NCBI GenBank assembly: GCA_947447485.1
Contig: CANFJP010000001.1
Coordinates: 1,145 to 65,144 of the forward strand
Reading direction: 5' to 3'
Length of the DNA stretch: 64,000 nt
DNA from: Chitinophagaceae bacterium
GTDB taxonomy: Bacteria; Bacteroidota; Bacteroidia; Chitinophagales; Chitinophagaceae
Below are positions 20,744 to 30,145 of the stretch, one piece after another (position 1 is the stretch's first letter; each line of letters opens with the position of its first letter). Position numbers and translations under genes: made by a program. Under the pieces are notes generated by a model that was not told the origin of the DNA, searched no databases, and saw only the letters and a list, made by a program, of their open reading frames with translations.

Positions 20744-21421
20744 ATGATAGAAAGTACGGTAGAGTATAAGACAGAAGAGGCATCAGAAAATTCGCCTAAC
20801 ATAATCATAAGATTTGTTGCAAATATTATTTCTTATTGCTTTCATCCTATTTTCATTCCGTTTTTTATTACCTATTTTTTAGTTTACATACATCCATTCG
20901 CATTTACTGGATTCTCTTCTTCAGGAAAAGCCCAAACAATTATCATTGTTATACTTAATCTTATTCTTTATCCTTTGTTGAGTGTGGTATTACTCAAGGC
21001 TGTTGGATTTATTGATTCAATATTTTTAAAAACACAAAAAGATCGAATCATCCCATATATCGCTGCTGGAATCTTTTTTTTCTGGACATACACTGTTTTT
21101 AAACAACAGACCGCTTATCCCACATTGCTTACCTCGTATGTTTTAGGAATCTTTTTTGCTTCTTCAGGCGCTTTATTAGCAAATATTTATTTTAAAGTGA
21201 GCATGCATGCAATTGGTATGGGCGGATGGCTAGGTTTCTTTTTAATCTTATTTTATTACAACTCTATGCAAATGACTTGGCCTTTATGTTTGGTGTTATT
21301 GATAACGGGCCTAGTATGTACTTCAAGATTATTGTTGTATGTACACAATCCTAAAGATATTTATATGGGCATTCTTATTGGAATCCTTACTCAATTAGCT
21401 GCTACCTTTATTCTTTTTTAA
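20744..21421 (+). CDS. Membrane protein, PAP2-superfamily-like
   Basis: Six or more TM segments; KVSMHAIG and SRLLLYVH resemble PAP2 C2/C3 motifs; no clear C1 (K-x6-RP). Confidence 0.55.
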   Translation: MIESTVEYKTEEASENSPNIIIRFVANIISYCFHPIFIPFFITYFLVYIHPFAFTGFSSSGKAQTIIIVILNLILYPLLSVVLLKAVGFIDSIFLKTQKDRIIPYIAAGIFFFWTYTVFKQQTAYPTLLTSYVLGIFFASSGALLANIYFKVSMHAIGMGGWLGFFLILFYYNSMQMTWPLCLVLLITGLVCTSRLLLYVHNPKDIYMGILIGILTQLAATFILF

Positions 21422-21431
21422 AACTTTTAAT

Positions 21432-21824
21432 ATGAAAAAAATAGTATTATTTTCTTTTTCGCTTTTCTTAATTCTATCCAGTTATGGACAAAGATTAAAA
21501 AACTCTTCAGGAAGCACAGTAGGATATATAGAGGATGGAAGAGTGAAAAATTCATCTGGGAGTACCATTGGTTATATAGAAGATGGCAGAGTAAAAAATT
21601 CTTCTGGAAGCACTATTGGATATTATGAAGATGGAAGGGTGAAAAATTCTTCTGGTAGCACCATCGGATATATAGAAGACGGCAGAGTAAAGAATTCCTC
21701 TGGAAGTACCATTGGCTATGTAGATGATGGCAGAGTAAAGAATTCCTCTGGCAGCACTATCGGATATTATGAAGGAATGAAACCATCTAGTGCAGCATTG
21801 TATTTTTTCTTTTTCTTTGATTGA
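21432..21824 (+). CDS. Secreted repeat protein, beta-flower-like
   Basis: Signal peptide, six 16-aa repeats GRVKNSSGSTIGY(I/Y/V)ED, hydrophobic tail AALYFFFFFD. Confidence 0.75.
   Translation: MKKIVLFSFSLFLILSSYGQRLKNSSGSTVGYIEDGRVKNSSGSTIGYIEDGRVKNSSGSTIGYYEDGRVKNSSGSTIGYIEDGRVKNSSGSTIGYVDDGRVKNSSGSTIGYYEGMKPSSAALYFFFFFD
21489..21776 (+). repeat. Six in-frame 48-bp tandem repeats
   Basis: Near-identical at protein level with many synonymous DNA differences. Confidence 0.95.
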
Positions 21825-21844
21825 TGCTAAAATTTTTCTCCTAT

Positions 21845-21876
21845 AAAAAAATGCTGCTTTTTGAGCAGCATTTTTT
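21845..21876. terminator. Bidirectional intrinsic terminator
   Basis: AAAAAAATGCTGCT-ttttg-AGCAGCATTTTTT between convergent genes. Confidence 0.85.
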
Positions 21877-21899
21877 GTTCAACATCATTGTTAGATTAT

Positions 21900-24731
21900 T
21901 TATTTTTTATTCCCATCGGAATCCAACTCAATAATTTCATATCCAAACTTTTGTATTCCTGAAAGGATTTTAGCTTTATCGCCTACCAATAAAATAAACA
22001 TGTTATTTGTTTGTAGCCATTTTTTAGCTAAATCATCTATTCTCGGTTTAGTTATACCATTCAAAATAGAGCTTTGTTTTTCTATGTAGTTACCCGGAAG
22101 ATTGTATTCCAATATGCGTCCAATGAATCCAGATTTTTGAGACATGGTTTCATATTGAAGTGCATCTCTTTGTCCCAAGGCGCTTTTCATAAAAGTTATT
22201 TCTTCTGGAGTGATTCCATTGAGGGTGTAGTTGTTAATTTCTTTAAGTACTTCGGTTAACGCACTATCGGTAGCATCTGCTCGTATACCTGAACTAAAAG
22301 TGTATTTAACACTGTATTTGTCACCACTAAAACTAGATCTTGCTCCATAGGTCCACGCTTTGTCTTCTCTTAAATTTAAATTCAATCTGCTATTGAAATT
22401 AGCGCCCAATACATAGTTCATTAAATCTGCTTGATAATATTCGCCTGTTAGATCATAAGGTAGTGCGACTACTTTTCCTATCCTAAACTCAGTTTGAGCG
22501 GCTTTTGGAACATCTACTAAATAAATAACCGTTTTAGCGGATGTAGGAATGATAGTAGGGATTGGAATAATAATTTCTTTATTGGGTAACTTATTTAGAA
22601 ATGTAAGTTTTGAAAGAATTTCATCTTCTTTAATGTTTCCTACAATTACAATTTTTGCATTCTTAGAACTCATGTAAAGATTGTAATACTCTTGGATGTC
22701 ACTTAAACGAAGATTTTTAACAGTATACTCTGTACCATTATCACTCATCCCAAGAATATTTCCAGCTCCGTACGAAAGTTTTTCATACACAGCACTTGCA
22801 ATGCTTGCCGGTTGTGATTTAGCTTGCTTAAAACTTTCTATAGATTGTTTTTGTAATCGAGTAAAGGCATTCTCAGTAAATTTTGGCTGAAGTATTCTTT
22901 CTTCTAATAATGCAATTGTTTTATCGATATTCTTTTTTTGACTCTGCATAGAGAATCGAATACCATCAAGCGTATTATTGACAGAAATGCTACTGCCTAA
23001 TTTTTGTAATTCAACAGACATTTGTTCTGCAGAATAATTTTTTGTGTCTTCATTTAGCATACTAGCTACAAAACCTGCCAAACCAATTTTAGAAGTGTCA
23101 TTTGCTTGTAATAAATGTCCTCCTGGTATAGTGATAGCAATATTCACTAATGGGAGCTCTGTATTTTCCGTACCAATAATTTTTATTCCATTGGGCATAA
23201 TCTTTTTCCAGAATGCAGGCACTTTCAATACTGGACTTGGGCCACTGTTAGGCATTTTAGATCGGTCGAAATTATCCTTCCCTTTGTTATACACCAATCC
23301 ATCATATCCGTAGGATGGTTTCGTATAATTGGAAGAGTCAATAATATAATTATCTGACATAGCTAGCCCCGTCGTATTTGTTTTGGTAAGTACGCTTACG
23401 GTTACGCAGTTTTTATCTTTTATATAAGTATTGTAAACGCGCATTACATCTTCTTTTGTTACAGCACGATACTGATCGAGCATTTCACCAATCATATTAG
23501 GGTTGTGTGTAAAAGTTTGGAAAGCTGCCAATTGAGACACTTTACCTGAAACACTTTGAAGTCCATTGATATATTGAGATTCAATACCTCCTTTAAACTT
23601 TTCAATATCCTCATCTGTTACTCCTCTTTTTTCAAACACCAATAAGGCTTGTTTAAATAAGCTGTCCATATTGCTAAGAGATTTGCCGGGAAGTGGAACC
23701 AGCTGAATGTTAAATTCTCCAGCCAATTCTGATAATCTACTACTAGCACTTGCTTGTAATGCTTTTTGAGTTTTTACAAATTCTTGATAGAGGATAGATG
23801 TTTTTCCTTGTCCAAGAATTTGAGCCAAACAAGCCAATGCCGCCATGTCTTTATCATAATTAGGTACTGTTGGATATGTTTTTGATAATAATGGAACCCT
23901 TGCATAATTGTCTACATAAGAAACATAACGATTTTCATTGATGACGGCTTTTGGTAAAATCGTTTTAGTCACATCTGGTCCTTTCGGAATACTGCCAAAA
24001 TATTTTTCGGCTAATTTGATTGCATTTGCTGCAATAATATCTCCTCCAATAGTCAGTGTTGCATTGTTTGGCCCATACCATCTTAGAAAAAAGTTTTTCA
24101 AATCATTTGCATTCACCCGATTGAGGTCTTCTACATATCCAATCGTTAACCAGCTATAAGGATGCCCATATGGGTATAAATTTTTACTTGTAAATTCTCC
24201 CAATAAACCATAAGGCTTGTTATCATAATTTTGTCCACGTTCATTTTTTACTGTGCTTCTTTGTACTTCAAATTTTTGTTGAGTTACTGCATCCAAAAAA
24301 TATCCCATTCTATCCGCTTCTAGCCATAAGATTTTTTCAAGCTGATTATTGGGAACGGTTTCAAAATAATTGGTGCGATCTAGATTGGTACTTCCATTAA
24401 GCGTTCCTCCAGCAGCAGTGATGATTTTAAAATGTTGCTCATCTGCCACATGGTCACTTCCTTGAAATTGCATGTGTTCAAAGAAATGAGCAAATCCGCT
24501 TTTCCCAATTTCTTCCCTTGCACTTCCTACATGGTATGTAACATCTACATGTACGATTGGGTCACTGTGATCTTCGTGTAAAATCACCGTTAATCCATTC
24601 GGCAATACATATTTTTCATAAGGGATAATAATTTCATCTCCTTTTTTCACAACTTTTTCCAACAATTTTGCTTGACAGAAACTATTGGTTCCTGCTATCA
24701 ATAAAACAACTACTGCTAATAATTTTTTCAT
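21900..24731 (-). CDS. M16-family (pitrilysin/insulinase) secreted zinc peptidase
   Basis: Signal peptide; SGFAHFFEH inverted zinc motif; NGSTNLDRTNYFE; two-lobed repeat. Confidence 0.93.
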   Translation of the reverse strand: MKKLLAVVVLLIAGTNSFCQAKLLEKVVKKGDEIIIPYEKYVLPNGLTVILHEDHSDPIVHVDVTYHVGSAREEIGKSGFAHFFEHMQFQGSDHVADEQHFKIITAAGGTLNGSTNLDRTNYFETVPNNQLEKILWLEADRMGYFLDAVTQQKFEVQRSTVKNERGQNYDNKPYGLLGEFTSKNLYPYGHPYSWLTIGYVEDLNRVNANDLKNFFLRWYGPNNATLTIGGDIIAANAIKLAEKYFGSIPKGPDVTKTILPKAVINENRYVSYVDNYARVPLLSKTYPTVPNYDKDMAALACLAQILGQGKTSILYQEFVKTQKALQASASSRLSELAGEFNIQLVPLPGKSLSNMDSLFKQALLVFEKRGVTDEDIEKFKGGIESQYINGLQSVSGKVSQLAAFQTFTHNPNMIGEMLDQYRAVTKEDVMRVYNTYIKDKNCVTVSVLTKTNTTGLAMSDNYIIDSSNYTKPSYGYDGLVYNKGKDNFDRSKMPNSGPSPVLKVPAFWKKIMPNGIKIIGTENTELPLVNIAITIPGGHLLQANDTSKIGLAGFVASMLNEDTKNYSAEQMSVELQKLGSSISVNNTLDGIRFSMQSQKKNIDKTIALLEERILQPKFTENAFTRLQKQSIESFKQAKSQPASIASAVYEKLSYGAGNILGMSDNGTEYTVKNLRLSDIQEYYNLYMSSKNAKIVIVGNIKEDEILSKLTFLNKLPNKEIIIPIPTIIPTSAKTVIYLVDVPKAAQTEFRIGKVVALPYDLTGEYYQADLMNYVLGANFNSRLNLNLREDKAWTYGARSSFSGDKYSVKYTFSSGIRADATDSALTEVLKEINNYTLNGITPEEITFMKSALGQRDALQYETMSQKSGFIGRILEYNLPGNYIEKQSSILNGITKPRIDDLAKKWLQTNNMFILLVGDKAKILSGIQKFGYEIIELDSDGNKK

Positions 24732-24759
24732 AATATTAATTAAGGCTTCAAAGTAATAA

Positions 24760-24788
24760 AAAAAGCCGAGATATTATTTCGGCTTTTT
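24760..24788 (-). terminator. Intrinsic terminator after the BI-1/YccA gene
   Basis: AAAAAGCCGA...TCGGCTTTTT inverted repeat. Confidence 0.75.
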
Positions 24789-24818
24789 GTTAATAGGAAT
24801 AATAAAAGAAGATGAATG

Positions 24819-25577
24819 TTAGTTTCTGCTATTCAATTTTGAAAGCAATCTTAATATTTCAAGATACAGCCAAACAAACGTGACCATTAATCCAAAAGCT
24901 CCGTACCATTCCATGTATTTTGGAGCGCCCATTGCAGCGCCTTGTTCTATCATATCAAAATCTAGAATTAGGTTTAAGGCAGCAATCACCACTACCACCA
25001 ATGAAAAAATAATTCCAAATGTGCTGCCTTCATGTAAAAACTGGAGGTTGTTGTATCCAAAAAGACTCATTACCCATACCAATAAATAAAATATGGCAAT
25101 TCCTGCGGTAGCAGTGAAAACAACCGCTTTAAATTTTTCCGTAGCCCTTATGATTTTAAGCGTATATAGAAGATACATTGCTACCCCCACACCAAAAGTT
25201 AAGCCAACAGCGTTTAATACAATGCCATTATAGGATTCGTTAAATAGCGCCGAAATAGCCCCAATGAAAAGCCCTTCCAACAAAGCATATAATGGAGCAA
25301 GGTATGGTGACCATTGTCTCTTAAAGGTAAGAATCAAAGCAACAACAAACCCGCCAATGGCACCGCCTCCAATCATTACCATTACATTTTCTCCACTTCC
25401 AAGAACTTCTTTCCAAGAATAAAAAGCAGTTCCTACAAGCATAAGTAACATAAACCCAAACTTTTGTAAGGTTCCGTTGATGCTCATACTGTCTTCTTGT
25501 GAAACAGAGTTTGCGATTACTGTATCTCTGAATTTATTTTCAGAAAGTGTTGGATTGCCAGATTTAAATAGTGACAT
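24819..25577 (-). CDS. Bax inhibitor-1/YccA family membrane protein
   Basis: SGNPTL start, seven TM segments, LILDFDMIE...APKYMEWYGAFGLMVTFVWLYLEILRLL. Confidence 0.92.
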   Translation of the reverse strand: MSLFKSGNPTLSENKFRDTVIANSVSQEDSMSINGTLQKFGFMLLMLVGTAFYSWKEVLGSGENVMVMIGGGAIGGFVVALILTFKRQWSPYLAPLYALLEGLFIGAISALFNESYNGIVLNAVGLTFGVGVAMYLLYTLKIIRATEKFKAVVFTATAGIAIFYLLVWVMSLFGYNNLQFLHEGSTFGIIFSLVVVVIAALNLILDFDMIEQGAAMGAPKYMEWYGAFGLMVTFVWLYLEILRLLSKLNSRN

Positions 25578-25658
25578 AGTTGAATGGTTTTATTCAATAA
25601 AGTTATTCTTTTTTTTAATTACTCAAGCTACAAGGTATTATTATTAGCTTTTGCGTAT

Positions 25659-25666
25659 TACCTTTG
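25659..25666 (+). promoter_or_regulatory. -7 element TACCTTTG, 4 nt before the pheS ATG
   Basis: Exact TAnnTTTG. Confidence 0.65.
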
Positions 25667-25670
25667 ATGC

Positions 25671-26702
25671 ATGGACCAATTAGTTAAACAAATTGAACAA
25701 CACAAAAAGGAGATATTGGCTCTTACTCTAAATAATAAAGAGGATCTAGAGGCTTTTAGGATAAAATACTTGGGCACAAAGGGGTTGTTGAAGCTGATTA
25801 TGGGGGAAATGAAAAACGTACCGGCAGATCAAAAGAAAGAAGCCGGACAATTATTAAATGAATTTAAAATCTTTACAGAATCCTTTTATGAGGAATCGTT
25901 GCAGGGTATTGGTTTCACGAATAAAAAATTGAGTGCCTTAATAGATGTAACGCTGCCAGGCGAGTCGCTTCCCTTGGGCTCTCGTCATCCTATTAGTATC
26001 GTGCATAATAAAATTGTTTCTATCTTTCAAAGACTAGGTTTTTCAATTGCGGAGGGTCCTGAGATAGAAGACGATTGGCATAATTTTACAGCCCTTAATC
26101 TTCCTGAAAATCATCCTGCTAGAGACATGCAGGATACTTTCTATATTAGCCAGAACCCTGATTGGCTGCTGCGTACACATACAAGCAGTGTACAAATTAG
26201 AGAAATGGAAAAAGGCAATTTGCCCTTGCGTATTATTTGTCCGGGTAGAGTATATAGAAACGAAACCATCAGTGCAAGAGCGCATTGTTTTTTCAATCAA
26301 GTAGAAGGGTTATACATTGCTGAAAATGTTTCTTTTGCTGATTTAAAACAAACCCTGTATTTTTTTGTACAGGAAATGTTTGGCAATGATGTGAAAGTGC
26401 GATTCAGGCCTTCTTATTTTCCTTTTACGGAACCAAGTGCTGAAATGGATATTAGCTGTTTGATTTGTAATGGAGAGGGTTGCAATGTTTGTAAAAAAAC
26501 AGGATGGGTTGAAATTCTTGGTTGTGGTATGGTGCATCCGCAAGTATTAGATAATTGTGGAATTGACAGTAAAAAGTATACTGGCTTTGCCTTTGGAATG
26601 GGAGTAGAACGCATTACCATGCTTACTTATCAAGTGAAAGACCTTAGATTATTTAGTGAGAATGATGTGCGATTTTTAAAACAATTTACCAACGCAGTAT
26701 AG
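25671..26702 (+). CDS. pheS: Phenylalanyl-tRNA synthetase alpha subunit
   Basis: HPARDMQDTF, LLRTHTS, FRPSYFPFTEPSAE, GFAFGMGVER. Confidence 0.98.
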   Translation: MDQLVKQIEQHKKEILALTLNNKEDLEAFRIKYLGTKGLLKLIMGEMKNVPADQKKEAGQLLNEFKIFTESFYEESLQGIGFTNKKLSALIDVTLPGESLPLGSRHPISIVHNKIVSIFQRLGFSIAEGPEIEDDWHNFTALNLPENHPARDMQDTFYISQNPDWLLRTHTSSVQIREMEKGNLPLRIICPGRVYRNETISARAHCFFNQVEGLYIAENVSFADLKQTLYFFVQEMFGNDVKVRFRPSYFPFTEPSAEMDISCLICNGEGCNVCKKTGWVEILGCGMVHPQVLDNCGIDSKKYTGFAFGMGVERITMLTYQVKDLRLFSENDVRFLKQFTNAV

Positions 26703-26723
26703 GGTTGTTTAAATGATGTTATT

Positions 26724-27572
26724 ATGGTAGAAAATATTTGCGTTGCCGGTGCAGGAACAATGGGAAGCGGCATTGCTCTTTCTGCTGCACAAAACGGGTA
26801 CAAGGTTATTTTGTTTGATACAAATGAGCAGGTACTAGCCAACGCAGCAATTTCAATCAATAAAAATGTAGACTCGCTTGTTGACAAAAATAAAATCTCT
26901 TCAGAAGCGAAGGAGTCTATTTTAAAAAATATTTTATTTTCTTCCACTATTGCAGAATGTAAGGCTTCCTTAATAATAGAAGCAATAATAGAAAAGGCAG
27001 ATGCAAAGATTTCTCTTTTCAATCAATTGGCTTCTATAAATGCTGATCAAACAATTTTTGCAAGCAACACTTCCTCCTTATCTATTTCTGCATTGCAAAA
27101 GCAAATCGCACATCCCGAAAGAGTGGCAGGTATGCATTTTTTTAACCCTGCTCAAATAATGAAATTGGTTGAGGTAGTTAAAGCGGAACATACCAGCGAT
27201 GGCGTGGTAGCTGATTTAATGCAAGTGTGCCATCAATTAAAAAAGACGCCGGTGCTTTGTATAGATGCTCCTGGCTTTATTGTAAACAGAGTTGCTCGTC
27301 ATTATTATCTTGAGGCAATGAAACTTGTTGAAAATAATATTGCTACCATTGAAACCGTAGATGAATTGATGGAAGCAACTGGCTTTAAAATGGGACCATT
27401 TAAATTAATGGATTTAATTGGGATGGATATCAATCTTGCTGTATCCGAATCATTGTATGCTGCTTTTGAAAAAGCTCCCCGATTTCAACCCTCTCCTTTA
27501 CAAATCAAAAAAGTACAGGAAAACAATCTTGGCAGAAAATCCGGGAAAGGATTTTATGATTATTCAAAATAA
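26724..27572 (+). CDS. 3-hydroxyacyl/3-hydroxybutyryl-CoA dehydrogenase
   Basis: GAGTMGSGIA Rossmann; ASNTSSL; GMHFFNP; PGFIVNR; MGPFKLMD. Confidence 0.92.
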   Translation: MVENICVAGAGTMGSGIALSAAQNGYKVILFDTNEQVLANAAISINKNVDSLVDKNKISSEAKESILKNILFSSTIAECKASLIIEAIIEKADAKISLFNQLASINADQTIFASNTSSLSISALQKQIAHPERVAGMHFFNPAQIMKLVEVVKAEHTSDGVVADLMQVCHQLKKTPVLCIDAPGFIVNRVARHYYLEAMKLVENNIATIETVDELMEATGFKMGPFKLMDLIGMDINLAVSESLYAAFEKAPRFQPSPLQIKKVQENNLGRKSGKGFYDYSK

Positions 27573-27576
27573 CAAC

Positions 27577-28590
27577 ATGAATCTAGCACAAACAGAGCCA
27601 GGAATAATAGAGGAAGTATCTTTGGTAACAGGCGCTGCTGGGCTATTGGGAATAGAATTGGTAAATCAATTACTCGCAAAGGGAGTAAAAGTAAAAGCTG
27701 TATACAATAAAACACCCATTAAAATAGCTAATCATAATCTCCTTCAAGTTGTTCATTGTGATTTACTAGATGTGGTTGCGCTAGAAGAAATAATGGAAGG
27801 CGTATCAGTGGTATATCACTGTGCAGGAATGGTGAGCTTTTCGCCTAACAAAAAAAATGTATTATATAAAGTAAATGTGGACGCAACAGCCAATGTTGTA
27901 AACGCAGCATTACAAGCAGGCGTTAAAAAAATGGTTCATGTAAGTTCAGTTGCTGCACTTGGCCGACTTAAAGAACATGAGCCCATTAATGAAAAGAGTC
28001 AATGGACGACCGAAACCAATAATAGTGTATACGGACATAGTAAATATCTTGGCGAATTAGAAGTGTGGAGAGGCGTGGCAGAGGGGTTAGATGCTGTTAT
28101 TGTAAACCCTACAATCATACTTGGTCCGGGTAATTGGAAAGAAGGATCTACTGCAATATTTAAAAATATTTATGATGGGTTTAATTGGTTTTCAGAAGGC
28201 ACTACCGGATTTGTTGATGTAAGAGATGTTTGTAAGGCGATGATCTTGTTAAAGGAATCACCTATTACAGCGGAACGATTTATTATTAGTGCTGAAAATA
28301 CAACCTATAAAGAGGTATTCAATTTGATTGCAGATGCGTTTAAGAAAAAAAGACCAGGAAATAAAGTAACTCCTTTGATTGCTAGTGTTGTTTGGAGAAT
28401 AGAGAAACTTAAAAATATATTTTCAGGAAGAGAGCCATTGATTACCAAAGAAACTGCTGCAACTGCTTTTGCTAAAGTGCATTTCGATAATGCAAAATTG
28501 AAACAACATTTACCGGGCTTCGAGTATACCCCTTTAAAAGAAACAATTGAGTACACTTGCGCAGTGCTTAAAGAAAAAATGATTGTGTAG
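27577..28590 (+). CDS. NAD-dependent epimerase/dehydratase (extended SDR)
   Basis: Start moved to ATG 27577; TGAAGLLG; HVSSVAALG; YGHSK. Confidence 0.88.
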   Translation: MNLAQTEPGIIEEVSLVTGAAGLLGIELVNQLLAKGVKVKAVYNKTPIKIANHNLLQVVHCDLLDVVALEEIMEGVSVVYHCAGMVSFSPNKKNVLYKVNVDATANVVNAALQAGVKKMVHVSSVAALGRLKEHEPINEKSQWTTETNNSVYGHSKYLGELEVWRGVAEGLDAVIVNPTIILGPGNWKEGSTAIFKNIYDGFNWFSEGTTGFVDVRDVCKAMILLKESPITAERFIISAENTTYKEVFNLIADAFKKKRPGNKVTPLIASVVWRIEKLKNIFSGREPLITKETAATAFAKVHFDNAKLKQHLPGFEYTPLKETIEYTCAVLKEKMIV

Positions 28591-28592
28591 TA

Positions 28593-29537
28593 TTATTTTC
28601 CCATTACCTTATCCCATAATTCGGGTATTCTTTTAATCCAAACCAATTCTTTTTGTTTTTCTCTTGCTTCTACTGCGGGCGTACCAAAATATACTTTGTT
28701 TCCTTCAAGATTTCCTGGAACGCCACTTTGTGCAAATACTACTGCATTTGCTCCAATGGTAAGCGTTTTATTTACGCCAACCTGTCCCCATAATGTTACC
28801 CCTTCCTCTAATGTAGTTGCCCCTGCAATTCCAACCTGGGCTGCAATCAAACAATTTTTTCCAATGACTGTATCGTGTCCTATATGAATCATATTGTCGA
28901 GTTTGCTTCCTTTCCCTATAATGGTGTCATGACTTACTCCTCGATCGATGGTGCAGCTTGCTCCAATTTCAACATCATCTTCAATAATCACTCTACCACA
29001 ATCAGGCATTTTTTTATACCAAACCTCTCTGTCTTTTTTTGTATTATAATAAAAGGCGTTGCTACCAATTATGCTACCCGATTGAATAATCACGTTGTCA
29101 CCTAGTATACAGTGGTCTAAAATGGTCACATGGGGGTAAATAGTACAATTTTTCCCAATAGTAACATGATGCCCAATAAAAACAGCAGGGTAAACGATGC
29201 TATCTTTTCCAATAACAACCGTGTTGCTAATCATTTTATCTGCTGCTTCAAATGGTCTAAAATGGTTCACAATTTTACAATATGCTTCAAAAGGATTTTC
29301 TACAACAAGCAATGTTTTTCCTTCCGGCGCTTCTAGTTCTTTATTAATAATAATAAAAGTAGCCGCACTATTGATACAGGTATCATAATATTTTGGATGA
29401 TCAACAAAAACAAGATCTCCCGTTTCAACTTTATGAATTTCGTTGATACCCGTTGCATTGCTTGTGTTGTTTCCTATTATTTTCGCATCAATAAAAGAGG
29501 CGATCCATTGAGTTGATACAGGAGAAGGGAATTGCAT
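28593..29537 (-). CDS. lpxD: UDP-3-O-acylglucosamine N-acyltransferase, LpxD-like
   Basis: LpxD N-domain plus hexapeptide repeats; TIDRG, KLDNMIHIGH, AQVGIAG; may be a paralog. Confidence 0.8.
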   Translation of the reverse strand: MQFPSPVSTQWIASFIDAKIIGNNTSNATGINEIHKVETGDLVFVDHPKYYDTCINSAATFIIINKELEAPEGKTLLVVENPFEAYCKIVNHFRPFEAADKMISNTVVIGKDSIVYPAVFIGHHVTIGKNCTIYPHVTILDHCILGDNVIIQSGSIIGSNAFYYNTKKDREVWYKKMPDCGRVIIEDDVEIGASCTIDRGVSHDTIIGKGSKLDNMIHIGHDTVIGKNCLIAAQVGIAGATTLEEGVTLWGQVGVNKTLTIGANAVVFAQSGVPGNLEGNKVYFGTPAVEAREKQKELVWIKRIPELWDKVMGK

Positions 29538-29559
29538 AATGATTGTATTTCTGTTTGTA

Positions 29560-29567
29560 CAAAGATA
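29560..29567 (-). promoter_or_regulatory. -7 element TATCTTTG of the lpxD-like gene
   Basis: Exact TAnnTTTG. Confidence 0.65.
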
Positions 29568-29931
29568 CTATCGTTTCATTTTATGATAGATTTCCTTTAA
29601 AAATCACTTTTTTAATGAAAAAGTCAAGTTTTTATTAAAATATTTTTATAGGGTTTTTATTAGCCAAATTTTACATTGATTTTATTTTTTTAGTAGAGTA
29701 AATGTAGCAACGTAGAATTGTATTCAATAATTTAATTCTCTTGAACATCAACATTTTCAATGCTTTCATCTGATTGTATTTTTTATTAATAAAAAGTAAC
29801 ACAACATTTTGTTGTATGACGGCATAGATTTTTTTGATTGCACGCATTCGCTTATCCACAAGTAAAATAAAAATGTTAATAAAATAGTTGCCATTTTTTT
29901 TCTTATTGGTAAAAATTATTTTTAATATTGT

Positions 29932-30005
29932 GTAAGGGATTTGGTCCCTGTACTTACTAACCCACCTATATATTAAAGCCCAGCACAAAAATGTTGGGCT
30001 TTTTT
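29932..30005 (+). ncRNA. Candidate ~70-nt small RNA
   Basis: TAATATTG (-7-like) at 29923-29930; 5' hairpin AGGGA-tttgg-TCCCT; C-rich linker; strong terminator; no plus-strand gene upstream. Confidence 0.4.
29975..30005 (+). terminator. Orphan intrinsic terminator
   Basis: AAAGCCCAGCA-caaaaa-TGTTGGGCTTT followed by a T-run. Confidence 0.8.
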
Positions 30006-30145
30006 AATGCAATCAACTCATTCTATTTTTACTGAATAGAATCATTGGATGCATTTAAAATAAATTAAAATAAGTAACACTCATTCAGCATATTCCTTCT
30101 CATTCAACGTAATAAATAATTACATTGCAGTTAAAATAAACACAT

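Noticed and set aside
21489-21776. 48-bp periodic repeats as a possible CRISPR array
   Set aside because: No unique spacers, in-frame coding, synonymous divergence, no cas genes
29671-29988. 105-aa minus-strand ORF in the lpxD/yicC gap
   Set aside because: Lys/Ile/Asn-rich translation typical of AT-rich non-coding DNA; no motifs; overlaps the promoter and terminator signals
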